A stretch of 64,000 bases of DNA from the NCBI RefSeq assembly GCF_040938485.1, contig NW_027271550.1:2046001-2110000 (forward strand), in the 5' to 3' direction. The position numbers and the translations under genes are program-made. The DNA is from Diadema antillarum. Taxonomy: Eukaryota. Of the stretch, positions 27,301 to 41,800 are shown piece by piece (the stretch's first letter is position 1; every line of letters starts with the position of its first letter). A model generated the notes under the pieces. That model had not been told where the DNA came from. It searched no databases and saw only the letters and a program-made list of their open reading frames with translations.

Positions 27301-30300
27301 AATATATCATTCAGTTACTATTTTTTGTTGTCTGTTGCTGATCTGAGTAAAGGGCATGATTTTATTTCCTTTTTGAGGCTCACGAAAAGAAAAGAAAAAT
27401 CTTCGTTCAAGAAGAGAAAAACAACCGACAGTAATTTTGAGATAGCATACAACTGTTATGCGAGAACAATGATTCTTTTTGTAAACTATACGTGGAAGAA
27501 ATTGTCATATTTCCTGATGATTTTGCTTTGAGTCGTGGAATGGAAGCGAATGTGTTGTTTACTTTCTGAGTTGGCAGATTATTTTATCGATACCACTGCA
27601 GTGAATGCAGGTGGTAGTGTGGCATTACTTGAGTAATTGGTATATATTCAACAATGTCAACACTTGTGGCAGTCGATGTTTCTTCAGCAGTCAGGAAGGC
27701 CGTCGATTCAGAGATTTCTTTCTGATATATCCACCCTTACAAACTGGAAACCGTTAGTGTCACATAAAAATTCGATTGGACAATCAGTTAACCACGGTGA
27801 CTACAGAGAAATATACGGTGTATCATTTAGCAAAATATCGTGGATGCTGCCATTATATTTGACTTCGCATGTGACATGGAAGGCGTGCGACCGGAATACC
27901 GTTTCACCACCGATTAGTGGATGGTATAGAGAAATAAAACTTCGAATTCATCGCTAAAATCAAATTTCTTTCATTTCTTCTATACTATTGCCATGTCAAC
28001 GTCCGATTACAGCAAAATCGGGTTTGATAACCATTAAATATTGTTGTAATGAGTCTCGTGATAGATGTGTATTCGTGCTGCAAATGTCTTTTCGGCAACT
28101 TATTCATTCATGCAATCATATCTATCTATCTGTGTAGTTGTTCATTTATTTAGTCACAAACTGTTTTTAAGTCTCCCGTAATTTTTTTAAACTTAAAGTG
28201 ACCATTGTCACATGATCATCTGACTTATTCTGTCAAATGAATTTCTAATTGGATGTCATGTTTGTGTTTGACGCTGAATTAATCACCCAGTCCATACTTG
28301 CTGGCCTACCTACCATGGAGTATTACAGCTGTGTGTGATCGTCATGTAACGCACACCCAGTCGGTACAACATTCTCAACGTGGCCATGCTGCTGTCGATG
28401 TTGTGGCCGCCTTCTACTCCTATGAGTGATGCAATCTTGCCTTGCCGATGAGCTGACACGATACCTACAAAGGCGGGAATCGAACTTTAAAACTCCCCTT
28501 ATTTCGCTTCAAACATGAGGGGGGGGGGGTCTTGGCATAGATTACCTTCATAAGGCTTAGGGATTCAAACTGCAAAGGACTTAGCCTAATGAATTTGGGG
28601 TCATCCCACTAGACCGACACCCACGAGTCATACAGTCCACGAGTTCGTAATTGAAAACAGGCCCATGAGTCATATAGCTCACGAGTCATACAGCCCATGA
28701 GTTCGACACCAGGTAAAAACAGCCCAAGAGTTCGACATATAACAACACGGGGCTTAATGTGTCGGTCTCGTGGGCCTTGTTAGCTTAGTGTCGAACTAAT
28801 GGGCTGTATGACTCGTGAGCTGTATGACTCGTGGGTGTCGGTCTCGTGACGTGCACCCATGAGTTTCATTTACATCTTTTCGCATTATTCACCAGTGGAA
28901 AAGACAGAAGTCTCACTAGCTGCTTTTAAAAGATGATCTCAGTGCCCGCATTTACCCTGAAATAAGCGAATTCACTGTTAGCAATGGTCTATAATGACCT
29001 CTGAACCACTGACTTTTTAAAACATCGAGAGATCTTTTATGTTGACGTTTGTCTATATTCATTTTATGATTTTTCAATCAACATGTTACAAGAGCAGTTT
29101 TAAACGCAGCCATACAGAAAATGGTAATATTCATGTAAGTGTTCCATGGATGACTGTCGTAAATTTGGTTGAAAAGAATACACACTAACCTGCATATTTC
29201 GATATGCACCTAGTCCTACAGTTTATACATGAAAGATTAACATGTTTTTCATGACAATTTATCCGGTTTTACAAAGACATCAGTGATACAAGTCTTTTTC
29301 AATGGAATGCTATAATGGCCTTTGTCTCCATATATTTAAATTGTAGTGATTTGAACTGGCTTACTACGTGTAATGTGCTAGAATATCATTCAGAGATAAA
29401 CACAAGGCAATCACCATACTGTAAAATATGTTGGATAAGGGCAATGTTTCTTCTTCTCTTTTTTTTTTTGAAGGACCTTTGCTTTTGATACTGAATATTG
29501 TAACAAGTGTCGAATAAAGTAATCATTATCATGACATGCAATGTATCGACAGGAGTTTAATATTCATTGTGTGAAAATGAAACATTAAAGGGGGTATAAA
29601 TCAATACTATATATTCCTACCGTTTTATCTCCAAATACGCGCAAACATCAAATATGAGAAAAAAAAAATGACGTGATGAAAATGAAAATAATTAGTCCTA
29701 CCCTCAGCTGTCGTAACAAATTCAAAGACATCCGGGTACATTTCGCACATTCTGATTATGACGTCAATCTGATCCAACACGTGAGTCACTGCGTCCTTGT
29801 ACTGTGACGCGCATAAGGTGTAGGCTGCCCAAAACTAGACAATTATATGAAACGGAAGCAAACGTTATGAAAATGGTTAAGTATAATAAAAGATAATAAA
29901 AAAAAAGAGAGAAGCAATGATAGGCCTATACGATGTTGTTGTTACGTTTTGTTTTGTTACACATTGTAAAGCCAGATGAGACAAAACTATCTTTTAATCG
30001 TATGTATACTTGTATAATGGTACCAGGAATATGTGTACACACATAGATGACTATGTGCATGTTCCATGATAATGCAAGGACCAATAAATCTAATCAAGTC
30101 AAACTTTGTGTTACTTTCATCACCGCTTTACTAGATTTATTATAGCTATATAGCAATCATCGTCATCATTGAGTCTTACAAACTAGAAATATTATCTCCA
30201 TTGTTATAAACACTTGTGGCTTATAATGCGTTATACCCATGAAAGCAACACAGTCTGCCTATGCATTATCCATCTTATTAGGCTCTGAAACTACCGATAT

Positions 30301-32155
30301 CTATACAGACGAGAACTATAACACAGTCTGGAGGACAAACTGGGGGTCAATGATGAATAGTTTCAGGCTGTTTTGTCATATATGGGTTTTTTTTTTCAAT
30401 TCAGTCAATTATTCAACTATGAAATGATTACAGGCTTCTTGCCTGTTGCCATACCAATCTCGATTCTTTGCACGATAATACAATATAAACATTAATAATA
30501 ACGGTAGCACTGCTGACGATGAAAGTATATAGAACACTTATGGAGGTCATACTATACATATAGCAAGGGATATTCACTGTGAATTCCCGTCTCTTTTATT
30601 CAATAGAGGAGACTCTACTGTCACTCTATATATAGATCGCGTCTGGATTGCATTGAGTACATGCTGTTTTCATGGACGGAATCTTGCAAAAATGAATAAG
30701 GTTTTACTCACACTAAAAGCTATAGATGAAAGCTAGCAATAATGGGGATTACTAGCCCTTATCTGCCTGAGACCAGCACAATACTCTCACGTGGGAAATA
30801 ATGGGCAATAGGCAAAGAGATTGCCAGTTTGCAAGCAGTGTTGAAAGTACACCCTAACGAAGGAAACAGTCACAAGGACGATAGTTTCGGACTAGTTTGG
30901 GACTTCTAAACACTTGTACCTGTCCCCCGAGCCTGCCTTGTCGTAGTCGGGGTATGTCCGTGGCGCTTTTCCCCCACACTGCCGTCAAGTCCTGGTCTAA
31001 GTCCAGGTCTTGGAGTCGGTTCCCGATTCTACGGACGAACTGAAACGGCCAGTCGTTGTGACTGAAAAGCGATATGATAAGACATTGAAAACTTATTTTC
31101 AAATCGAACCATCAAATCCAACGAGCGCTACATAATGAGTTTTCCAATACAATAATGACCAGTAAAGATAATGATAAAAAATGAATGTATTAAGGATAGT
31201 TTTCGCAGTAATGAAAATAACAGTAATGAATATGAAAACTATTTGATATTCTTTTTAGTATGTCGGTCTGCCAAATAAAGCACAACATCAAGAGAATAGA
31301 CGCTTTCATTAAACATTTAAGCATGTGAGAGAGTGATTAATAATCTCGAATGGGTTTATGCTGAATACCGATATCACCCATACGCATTTCGATATAAATG
31401 TAGGAAAAGGGTCTGCCTCAGAGACAAAAGGAGGAGAACTGGAAGCAAGCTAGCATTCCTTTCCAGAAGACGTATACCTCTGACACAATTCCTTAACTTT
31501 ATTATGCTCTGCGTTTATACCCTTGGAATATTGTAAATTTTCTATGGCCAAGTAACTCGTCGCATACGGGAATCGTGATTGTGTGCTATATCTTAGCTCT
31601 CTAATTATATGGGCCTCTGATGATATGAAGAATCATAGTTACATTACTTTTTATACAGTCAAATCATTTATGTCCGTCAGTTTAATAATTTGCATGATTA
31701 TCATAACTACGATCGATATCATTGCTGTCACGATGCTGAACCGTGTAAGAGTTCAAATTCAACAAGACATTCTTATTCCTTGTCTGATAATACTCTAACT
31801 ATATACCATTGATTGGTTTTCATGACTTTTGTACCCACTTAAGTCAACTGGATCATGGAGTTGAGTACCCCATTACGTCTCCGGAATTTACCTAAACCTT
31901 GTTCGCTCGAATTGAAGTGAAGCATATAAATTATGTAGGTTGTGTGCTACGGTAGGAACAAAATAGACGATACTTTATATCCCATATTACTTACCCATCA
32001 ATAAGAGGCACTTCGGCCATGTATTTTAGCGCCATGTCCATGGCCGAATTTCGACTAGCACCTTGACCTCTATCAGTCGGCAGACCTCCGGCAGTAGCCA
32101 TTATCATAGCAGTGACCATCGCTATTGCAGATATTCCTCGCCCATCGTAAGCCAT
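21236..32155 (-). CDS. DPEP1: Membrane/renal-type dipeptidase (peptidase family M19, DPEP1/2/3-like), 439 aa; exons (minus) 32155-31995, 31061-30920, 29834-29702, 28464-28314, 27050-26984, 26553-26377, 25480-25384, 24451-24376, 22370-22235, 21415-21236
   Basis: Open spliced frame with GT-AG at every junction: signal-like N-terminus [34 protein letters not shown] (His/Asp metal ligands), [76 protein letters not shown]. Symbol means family-level similarity; one-to-one orthology to DPEP1 is not shown. Confidence 0.93.
23177..23258. repeat. 41-bp direct tandem duplication (dipeptidase intron 8)
   Basis: GGGGATTTAACGACGAGCAAAA(G/C)AAAA(C/A)AGTAAAGTCACAT twice, 2 mismatches. Confidence 0.9.
23270..23930. 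mobile_element. Degenerate quasi-palindromic MITE (Kolobok-like), boundaries approximate
   Basis: Perfect internal inverted repeat GAGCTGATGATGTC (23481-23494) / GACATCATCAGCTC (23717-23730) with flanking ATGCAAAT/ATTTGCAT; termini eroded. Confidence 0.4.
24290..24326. repeat. (TG)n microsatellite
   Basis: Direct reading. Confidence 0.9.
24480..24722 (-). mobile_element. tRNA-derived SINE (degenerate) in dipeptidase intron 7
   Basis: Minus strand GGGCGCTGTGGC (A-box-like) ... GAATTCGAGTCCC (B-box-like), then GTCCTTGGACAA...CTCTCGACCAAGGTGCATAATGAGTATACC resembling conserved SINE central domains, and an A-rich tail; no intact cloverleaf, so not a tRNA gene. Confidence 0.55.
26088..26123. repeat. 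(CA)n microsatellite
   Basis: Direct reading. Confidence 0.9.
28597..28858. mobile_element. MULE-like foldback MITE with short subterminal repeats, ~260 bp
   Basis: GGG...CCC ends; shared arm GACCGACACCCACGAGTCATACAG on both strands; repeated C(A/C)(C/T)GAGT(C/T) units; flanks ATGAATTT / ATGAGTTT (degenerate 8-9-bp TSD). Confidence 0.7.
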
Positions 32156-34229
32156 GTCTCCGAGTGATATTAAACAAATTCATAAATTTGATACATTTAA
32201 AGAAGCGCCCCAGCGTCACCTCCGTTGTGATTAGTTGCACATCAAACCACAGTGCTGAGTGATACTCTAGCTAGAGTTTTTCAGCGTATTAATCCAGATC
32301 CAGATCCAGATTCGAATGGCAGTGCCAAGAAGGTAAACACCCGGCCACTTTCAGGCCACTAAAAAGGGCACTAGTAATGAATGAACCTACCTGTTCAGAG
32401 TACTGTAGACAAGACAAACAACACGATATACATTATCATCTAGCGTCATCAGTCAGTGTTGGTGGCTATTTGAGTTTGTATATAACTTGCTGAAAAACGA
32501 ATAGCGTTGTCTCTCGCAAATCGGAAGCACATCAGACGCGTCACTCACTGCGATGTGACTGTGCTGCTGTAGAGAGTGCTGCTGGAAACCACAACTTGTC
32601 CACTGTATATTCGAACAAACTGCTTCGGGAACAAGGCGAAAAGTTACGAACCTTTGAAGGCCACTGAAGCATAGAATTCTCTTTTGACGTCAACGTCCGA
32701 TTAACCACTTTAATGAAAGCCCGAAGAACTTGAACGCTTCGTGAAATTTCGACAAAAGCCGGGTTTTGTCGTTGTTGCTGCTTCGATCCCGACATACGGC
32801 CCGAAATTTCACTGTAAAACATTTAACATTATGGTAATTTGTTTGAACAATGTTTCTTTCCTTACTGATGTTGACGAAAGACACACCACTATACCACTAA
32901 AGGCTGGGGAAAAAAAAGAATCATGCATATTTACATCACCTTTCCACAAATTTAGTGGTAGTGTAGAAACATCGTGTCATCCATCACCACATGACGCTTC
33001 TCAACATAATCTACAAATACCTACTACATACTTGATTGTAAAATATCGGCTATAATGTATTGGGGTATATCATAAAAATACGGCTGCGAGTGATGAACAA
33101 TGAGTAAGCATCAATATCTTTATAAGACCAGGGTAATCTTATCTGTATTGCTCGATGAGCTTTGTTCCTTGGTCATAAATGATTACTAATACCATAAAGT
33201 TAGTTCGGAAGTTTGGGTTCAGACAATGGATATAGTTCAATTTCTTGAGGATCATACATAAAAAGCCAAGAGAGATAAGATTCTAGACACGGTGACAGAC
33301 TATCAGAACAGCCCAGATACTGCTGCTAATATGCAAACTACGCATGTTGCCTTGATGTCATAACCTCCTGATGGTTCATCAACGCACAAACCAGCAAGAG
33401 AAAATACTTCTCGTCACCTCAAAAGTCATATTCAGTTCTTACGATCAAATTTGCTAAGCTTAAAATCCCCCAAGGAAAGAAAAAACATAGCAAAAGTCAG
33501 CGTTGATGTTATATATACAACCAAAAGGCGGGAACTACGACTAATATACTGTAAACAAGGGAACCAGTTATCAAGAAATCTTCGGAATGGTGGTACATGT
33601 ATCAATCAGTTATTAAAATCAGGCGTGTATGAGCTTAATTTGGTGATTATTCGTCAAGCTGCAAGTCCACCTGTATGAAAATACCCGGCTTTCGAAAATG
33701 GATGATTTATCAAGGTTCCTCTTTAAAAGAAGAAAATTAATGAAACGAAATGAGTCAAATGCGTTTTTGTACTTATATTGGAGCGCACATATTATAAAGA
33801 CCCTTATAAACCGTAATAGAATTCATTGCGCTTTTTACGTCTTTCGATTCTCAGACTAACAGTACAAAGTCTAATACTAATTTTCGACATTTTGTTGGTT
33901 GACAGTCCGAGTAGTTGGAATGATAGCCAATTCACAATACATGCCTTATATTCGACTCTCGTACTCATATAATATGTTAACCTGGGTTTGCTCGGTATAG
34001 TTCCAGGCCCAAGTGTACATACCCAAATACCAAGCGTCAGGAGCATGCTATACGAAAGTAAAGGCAATTTATTGGATGAGGGATGTATAGTTACGAAAAC
34101 ACAGCGTTACCCAATCCCATCAAATGGTTACCATACGATAAGAGAGTGAATGAGTACCTGACGTATATTTTCCATGGTGATTTTGGATATATATTATGTT
34201 GGATATGAGATTCATAAATCTCACTTTAG

Positions 34230-34560
34230 AGTAGAATTGGGTCAACTTAATATCCCTTTATTGTGTAAGGGTATCATTTCATCTAATTACAATGCGATGT
34301 ATTTGTTTATCATTATGATCAAAGATTTATATTGCCGTGATTTGTATATGGATGTACAACTGGATGTCCTTGATTTGTTACTTTGTGTATGTTAGATTAA
34401 TTGTTTCTCTGTAATTTTGTTGCAGGGCCCCCAAGAGCAACAGTGTATAAACCACCGATGGGGCTACCCTATAGATAAAGAATACTAAATGACTGACTGA
34501 CTAACTGAATGAAAGAATGAATGAATACATAAATCAATAAATAAATAAGTTAGTAAATAA
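34230..34560 (+). mobile_element. Possible 3' tail of a non-LTR retroelement (CR1/L2-type) followed by (GACT)/(GAAT)/(AAAT) simple repeats
   Basis: TG-rich stretch, GGGCCCCCAAGAG...GATGGGGCTACCCT hairpin-like end, then tetranucleotide tails; no RT coding sequence visible. Confidence 0.3.
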
Positions 34561-34979
34561 ACAAAAAATAGATAAATAAACTTGAGATTATTCATGAGTT
34601 TTTAAAAACACCTTAAATGATAACTAAACATCGATGAACATTTGCGTAATTATCATTGGTCCTGAAATCAAAAGAAGAACTCAAGTTTTGACAGGAGACG
34701 CAGGAAGACAATGCGGAAACGATGTTAGCATTTGTAAGTGGTATACTCCAAAGGAAGAAAACAGCAACCCGATATAATGTGGCATCGATATGTGAGTAAA
34801 GACCATCATGCATGAAAGAGCAAAACAAAACTGTTACTTTTTAACGAAAAGGACTTCTCTACCTGGCGATTTTAAAAGTAAGATGATTTCTCTTGCTTAC
34901 TAAATTGGGTAAGTCAGTTGCTTCTTCACCATGCCTAAAAATGACGATATGTTGAGCTCTCTTGATATTTTATATCCTT

Positions 34980-35155
34980 TTTACTGCGGTGACATCACAA
35001 ACTGTTGTAGTCTTCTCATCCAACAATGGCGGCACCAAGACTTTTGAAAATCATAACTTTTGAAAGGAATGTGCGATTGTACTCAAACTTCACCGATGTG
35101 TTCTTTTACAAATATTGTTGCATTCATTCAAACATGTATACTTGGGAAACTTTCC
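34980..35155. mobile_element. Degenerate right-arm fragment of the 3239/9696 Kolobok-like MITE family
   Basis: GTGACATCA..TGTAGTCTTCTCATCC...AAAATCATAACTTTTG...AATATTGTTGCATTCA aligns with 10036-10170. Confidence 0.5.
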
Positions 35156-35611
35156 TATCATTTTGTCTCAGATTAGGGGCGTTCATCAAATTTTAAGGAT
35201 TAAAGCTTTCATGATTATGGTAGTATATCATTAACACATCTATTAACATCTTAATTAACATCGATATTGCAACAGGGTGTGACTGTGTAATCAGTGTCAT
35301 TGATATTTACCGGTATTCATGATTCTCCACACGATAATCGGTATAAATAGTATAGATAATAGGAATTACTTTGCAACCAAAGCACTCTGTAGTAAATGCT
35401 ACAATTTGGTTCGTTTGGCAAAGCACATATACAATACAGTAGAGTAGTCTTTCTTGCCCAGGTTTCCATATCATACCCAACGGCCACACGGCCACACACC
35501 AGCCAAGGGCAAAGAATTTTGCGCCGTTTAGCATTTCAGGACGTTCAAAGTATGAATTCTGATAGATGATTTGTGATCACTTATCATTTCACGTCCGGTG
35601 TAAAGCATCGA

Positions 35612-35624
35612 AAATCAAAGTCCA
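35612..35624 (+). promoter_or_regulatory. HNF4-type site (CAAAGTCCA) upstream of P450 copy A
   Basis: AAATCAAAGTCCA, 256 bp before the ATG; conserved at the homologous position in copy B. Confidence 0.45.
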
Positions 35625-35879
35625 CGGGTTAGCGAGGTGCATAACTTCGTATGAAAATGTAGATATACTTGCGATAGCACGTCAGCACACCATAGGACGG
35701 GGCAGATATTGCTCTGTGATGACATTGTGTAGGGGTATCCAGTCATTTCTGCGTTTCCCTAAGCCTGACAAGTATAGGCCTACGTGAAATATCATTGAAT
35801 AAGCAGCCACTGATTTGTCAAAATTTGGTTGTGTTGGATTTGGCTGTTCATAATTGTATGTACAGATGAAGTAGTAGCA

Positions 35880-38800
35880 ATGGAACTCCAGGTGTTTGGT
35901 CTATCTCTGTCCACGACGTGGGTTCTTGCCCTTGGATCCGTAGTTCTATTCTTTTTGTAAGTATTCAGATATACTTAGATTCTTATATAGATATTCAATA
36001 TATCTATAGGCGTAAGTGTGAACCATTGGTGTAACATGCAGTCACAGCCATACGATGAAAGAAAGGCATTGACACAATAATCCGTATAATCGCCGTATAC
36101 TTCTCAGCCAAACCATGGTTGACTTGTTGCTGTATTTTTTTTTCCTGAACCGACCATGGAAGCGTAAAATAGCGTGAGGCCAACTTTTCAAGGAACTCCT
36201 TCACTTGATTTTTTTTCTTTTCTCACAGTAGATCTAGATACAATCTCTGCGATGTTCTTTTTAACGCAGGTGTAAAACTGTGAACCTGGTTGTCATGGAG
36301 ATTGGTATAATGACAGACTGTTTGGAAGAGCAATGCTGATACTGAATAGGCTGCTTCAGCAGTGAATCAAATTTATGAATATAATATGTAAAATAAGGAG
36401 AATGAATGTTTATTATCAGTCAAACGGCAACACTGGAGATAATGAAAAACCTTTCGATTATATTTCAACCTTCATTTGCATTTTTTTGTAAAATAAGCAG
36501 ATAACAATGACACACACATTTCTTTAAAATGATATACTGTATTAAGCTAATTATATTCAATTTCATAAGTTTATTACCGACTGAGAGTTCAAAGGAAAGG
36601 ATTTTTGGTGAGCTGTTGCCTGACTGTAATGTGTATATGATACGTAATATACCTAAGCATTATTAAAAGCGTTATATGATGCACCCTTCCTGCAGGAACA
36701 ATTACCTCGCGACTAATTGAACAGGAGAAGGAAAGTATTCTCTCCTGGTGTCCTGTCTTCTGCTCTACATCCTCTTTATTATGCGGTCACTTTTGTTTCT
36801 CTCATAGAGAAGAGCCATAGTTTCATTTGCTTCGTCCTGTCCGTCGCTACAAAGTCCACGATTTGGAGTTGTCTCAGAGCTATGCTAACTTATTTCCTCA
36901 TAGCTGATAGCTTGTGGAATACTGATTCTTCAGAGCCATTTTCTGTATCTTTGCCCTCTACTAATCTTTAAATGGTTGCCAAGCACAGTACGGTCATTAG
37001 CAACCAATCAGCGACGAATCAATGGTAGTTTCCATCATCATACAGACGCTGGACATGTTGTATAGAATGTTCGCAAGGCGCTCGGGAGTTGATCAGCAAC
37101 AGTAGTCGCTGATCTTAAAGAGAATTTTGTGATTTTGATCTCCTATTGGTTTTGGCGACCACTGCATGTTGGTTGATTGCTGGAGGATGTTGACCAGTCT
37201 TCGCGCATAAAATTATGACCGAAATCTATCATGGCAAGGATTTTCGCGTAACAGTCCAGAAAGGTTATAGGCTATATAGCTATAAATACGTAACCACGTG
37301 TTCCGTCCCTGAATTGTACAGGTACGATTACTGGTGCCATGGATACTGGAGAAGACGTGGCGTGGCTTCGGTGTCTTCCAGACCAATCGCTGGCAGTCTT
37401 ACGCATTTCACGGAGGTATATATGGCAAACGACAGATTAAAAATAACGGCACAATAAACATTTTACGTCCTTTCGAAGCTCTGTGGTGTACAGTGTGTCA
37501 GATAGTTGACAATTGCACAGTAGATGCTTACTTCCAATCCTACGACATTCCTCCTTGCCCCAGGACCCGCTCCAGGAGTGAAACAAGTAATCTGACTTCA
37601 CGCCGCCGGTATCGCAGGTGCCCCGAGAGATTAGCACTATTCCTATAAATATCAATTTATTTCAAAACGTAGTCACTGTAGAAATCATTATTCTCACTAT
37701 ATCGAAATCATTATAATACTATGTAATGATTTATTACTTTCATCCTTATCATTGTTCAGCCTTCTTTCGCAAAACCTATAGCTATATTTTTTTTTCAGTT
37801 CTATGTTCTGATCTCCATTAAACTCCCTATAAACGATCTTTAATGGCATCTTGTTTCGGAGATTGATGAGCGCACAAGCTATAATACCCACACTTCCATC
37901 GGCTATAAAGCAACTTTGATAATATTATGTTGGGCCTTGACAGTATATAGGAATGTTGTGTTCTTTTTTTCTCCTAGTCGCGGAAACGGGTTTGAAACGA
38001 GAAATGTAGACTTCTTGGATAGTCTGCACAAAATTTTAGATTTAAAGTATCTGGAACGGGCCGCGAGAGGTAAAAAAAGAAATAATCTTCTTCTTCTCCT
38101 TCTTCTTCTTCTTCTTCTTCTTCTTCTTCTTCTTCTTCTTTTCTTCTTATTTCCCTTCTTCAGGGAGTTGCACCCGCGTTACTTCGCCTGGCAAAAGAAC
38201 ATGGTCGAGTATTCGGGTAGGTTATTGCTGCTGCAATTGTGACAACAAACGGCTTCCTATCTAGTGTTGTAGTCCGCCAAGCTCACGTCTCAGAAAAAAA
38301 AAGAGAAGAAAATACCATGAATTACACATAGTGAAACTCTCAGAAGGTGATCATACAATTTTGTTACATTTTTTTAAAATTCCTTTCACCACAAATTCAG
38401 TTCCAATGTGTAAAAGAGCTTTCTTTACTCTATTGACAAATACGATATAGGTCTACAATAGTTTTCATCCACAATCATGACAATATTCTCTGTAGTCAGC
38501 GCAAGGCATATTATTCTTTGCGACTGGCAATCTAGTCTCTGAAAGGTTGTCACTGGCAGCTCATATAACAACATTGTAATGTCAACGAGACAATATTCAA
38601 GCTCCTTCTTCGAAGCAATATTTAGACAGTGGTGCAGCAGAGAATAGCACGCAATATGTTGTTACATTTTGCCTGGAACGAGTATAGTCGTAAAATATTC
38701 AAACGCTTTTGGCAAACTACATTTTCAGGCCGAGCAATCGCCAATTTGTTGGACATTATGCTTGGTGACTTACAAATCGATATGTCAAGCTTTGACCGCG

Positions 38801-41800
38801 AATTGCATACTTTTAACTGATGTATCTATATTCGGCACATGCCTATTATCAATCCAAGATCTTTATCATCTCTTTCTATCTTGTACAAGTTCCCCGTTTG
38901 TAGTCTTGTATGAAGATTTATTCATTACCACGAATTATTCTGAAAGCTTGTATCTAGCATGTACGAGAGTATTGCGCAGACATGGATATGTTACAAAATG
39001 GCGCGAACATATGAATATATACATTGATATCATTATTATATACAAATATGTTCATCATAACATATATATATATTTATATATATATATATATATCAATTTA
39101 CATGTGCGTATTTTATTTAGATATTCATGTCTTTATTAATGAATATAATTATATTCATGCATTTATGAACTGAAATAGGTTGTATGACGTTCGTCGTCCT
39201 GTCCTAGTCTGTGGCGATCCTGACATGGTCAGGCAAGTCATGATTAAGAGCTTCAACACCTTCGTAAACAGACGGGTAAGGTTTTTTTTTCGTGATGATT
39301 ATGACTGTGTGTACAGTAGACACCTAGTTCAGTTCAGTTCAGTTACATTTATTTCCGTTAAACCAATATTGCGATCATTTTTTAAACATGCTTGGGCACA
39401 GTTTGGTCTATCATCATCTCACTGGATGTGTTGATTGTAGTAGTTGCCTTATAATCCGATTATAACGCTTTTGTAATCAGCGATCTCTGATCTGCCAAAA
39501 TGTTTTAATAACCTCTCCGTGCATTGAAGGATGTTCGATATTATTTCTGTCTTGTCTCATCTCCTTCAGTGTTTTGTTTTCTTCGTCGTTGTTTGCTTTT
39601 TCTGCTGTCACCAGGTATTTCTTTTTGTCTGGATTTAATCGGCGTTTGGTTTCGAGAAGTTTCAAACCTTGTCTAAGTTTGCATTTCCTCTTGTTTCGAT
39701 CTATATCATGTTGTATTATTTGTCAAGATTCTATATACTACGTACTACCATGCACAATGGCATATCTTTAAGAGAGAAATTAAAGCATAAAACATCTCTT
39801 GTGACAACGAATTTCGGCTCACATAATAATTCTAAACTTCTGTAGTTTTACCTTTTTAAAAACATTGAAACTCGGTCTCCACCTGCAGGAGACGCCACTA
39901 TGCAACAAGGAGTTCGAGGATGCCCTGATGAATCTTAAGGATGACCATTGGCGAGAAGTCCGTAACACGCTGACCCCCACCTTCAGCGGTGCAAAAATGA
40001 AACAGGTGTAGCAATCCGCATGTGACTTTCAAATTTCAAATTACCAGTATACGTTTCTAAAAAGTTTATATGATTCAGTCAATTCGAACACTCACAGAAG
40101 TCCAACAATCAAATTGAAATGTTCACCAGAAACAAACAATCGCTTCATTAACGGTCTCAGCTTTGCATGAATCATTCCAGAGCGTGGGTGGAATACTAGA
40201 TCGACTGCTCTATAGAAATGTTGGTGTTGGTCCTATATAAATTGTATTCGTTCTCATAGCATCGATTGAATCAAAGTCATTTTTAAATTTTTTTAATAGT
40301 ATATAGTGTGAAAATTTCAGAATTATGGTTCATGTAACCTTTGCACAGTCCTTGTATCATAACAGAAGTTTTGATTAGATTTACATCTTTAATTTGATCG
40401 GAGAAGCCATTTTAACAATGATGTTAGCAATCTCATTCTTAAGCTTTGTTGTTAGGTTTCTCCTTGAATGGTTGATGACTTTGACAAAAGCATCTATTTG
40501 AAATGCAAGCAAGGCTTTAAAAATGCAGCATTTTTAAAAGGTTGATTCAGCAAGGACATTTTGTTCAGCCTTTCATGTATTGACATCTTAACGAAAATCC
40601 CCCCTTACAAAAAGGGAAAACTGCAAATCAAGGGAAAATAATCCTCTGGAATTTTCCCGTCTTATTTTCGCTACGTAGATGTCACATCACGTGACTGCAG
40701 GGGCTGATAGACTTCTCAGGAACATTGAAAGCTCTCAGAGAACTAAAGGCTACATGGAGTGCAAACAGTAAGCGATGTCAAAATATGAGTGTTTTAATAT
40801 ACGAGGCAAAGACACGAACCGGGGATTTTGTAAAAACTCATTATTGGTACACCTGCTACACTCTTAAAAATAAAATGGTAGATCAACATTTTGAATGTTT
40901 CAACACCTCCAATCGTATGGTAAATGTTACATTTAACACTCAAAATGTTAAATTCAACACTCCAAATGTTGAAATACCATTTCAGAAATGGTAAATCCAC
41001 ATTTTGAGTATTGAATTCAACATTTACAAAAAGGTTGGAGGAGGAACAACTTTTAGAATGTTAATTTACCATTTCATGTTTACAGTGTAATTTGCCGTCG
41101 TCTCCATTATGTAGATTAATATTCCTTTAAATAAAATGTATTTACGACCAGGATTATGAGATATTGTAACACTCTGTTCACATTCTTAAAGCGTATTTCC
41201 TCTCTACTAGAATCAGTGGAACTGTTATCCTGTTTATTGAGAGATAAAAAATAGTGAAAATAGATCTATGGTATTTTGAATCCTGAATGGAGTCACAAAT
41301 TTGATGACTTTTTGTGTGGTAAATGAATGAGCTGTTCGTTTTATTTATACGAGTAATTTGATTTTTTTTTTTACTTCATTATATGCAGTTGCCCATATTT
41401 TGCAACAAACTAAATCATACATTACTGCAAAACAGCATCAAAATCATCAGAATTGATTTGAAATACAGAAAACTAATTACAAAAGTGATACAATGATGCA
41501 TGAACAGGCAAATAACATAAGGTTTTTATCTAAATAGATGACAGAACCAAAAAGCTTTAAGCCCATAACTAATACGAGTGTGAAATGTGATGTAATTAAC
41601 CAATATCAGTATAGTCGGTTCTTTCAGTTAAGTGCATGCATAGATTACATAATCTAGAACAAAATTCTTTAGAGTTAGATTATGCATAAAAGATATTCAT
41701 TTTGCGCTTAGATCATATATCGATAATAACACAAAAAAGTAGGACATGCTTTCGGAGCGTCTGTTGGAAAATGCTACATGACCTGTTGGCATGTACCCTT

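Noticed and set aside
27590-27770. Candidate cassette exon in dipeptidase intron 4
   Set aside because: Phase-2 entry from exon 4 meets stop codons at both plausible acceptors.
39477-39665. Antisense charged ORF in P450-A intron 4 (and similar in B at 55215-55520)
   Set aside because: Low-complexity purine-rich sequence; not conserved in frame between paralogs.
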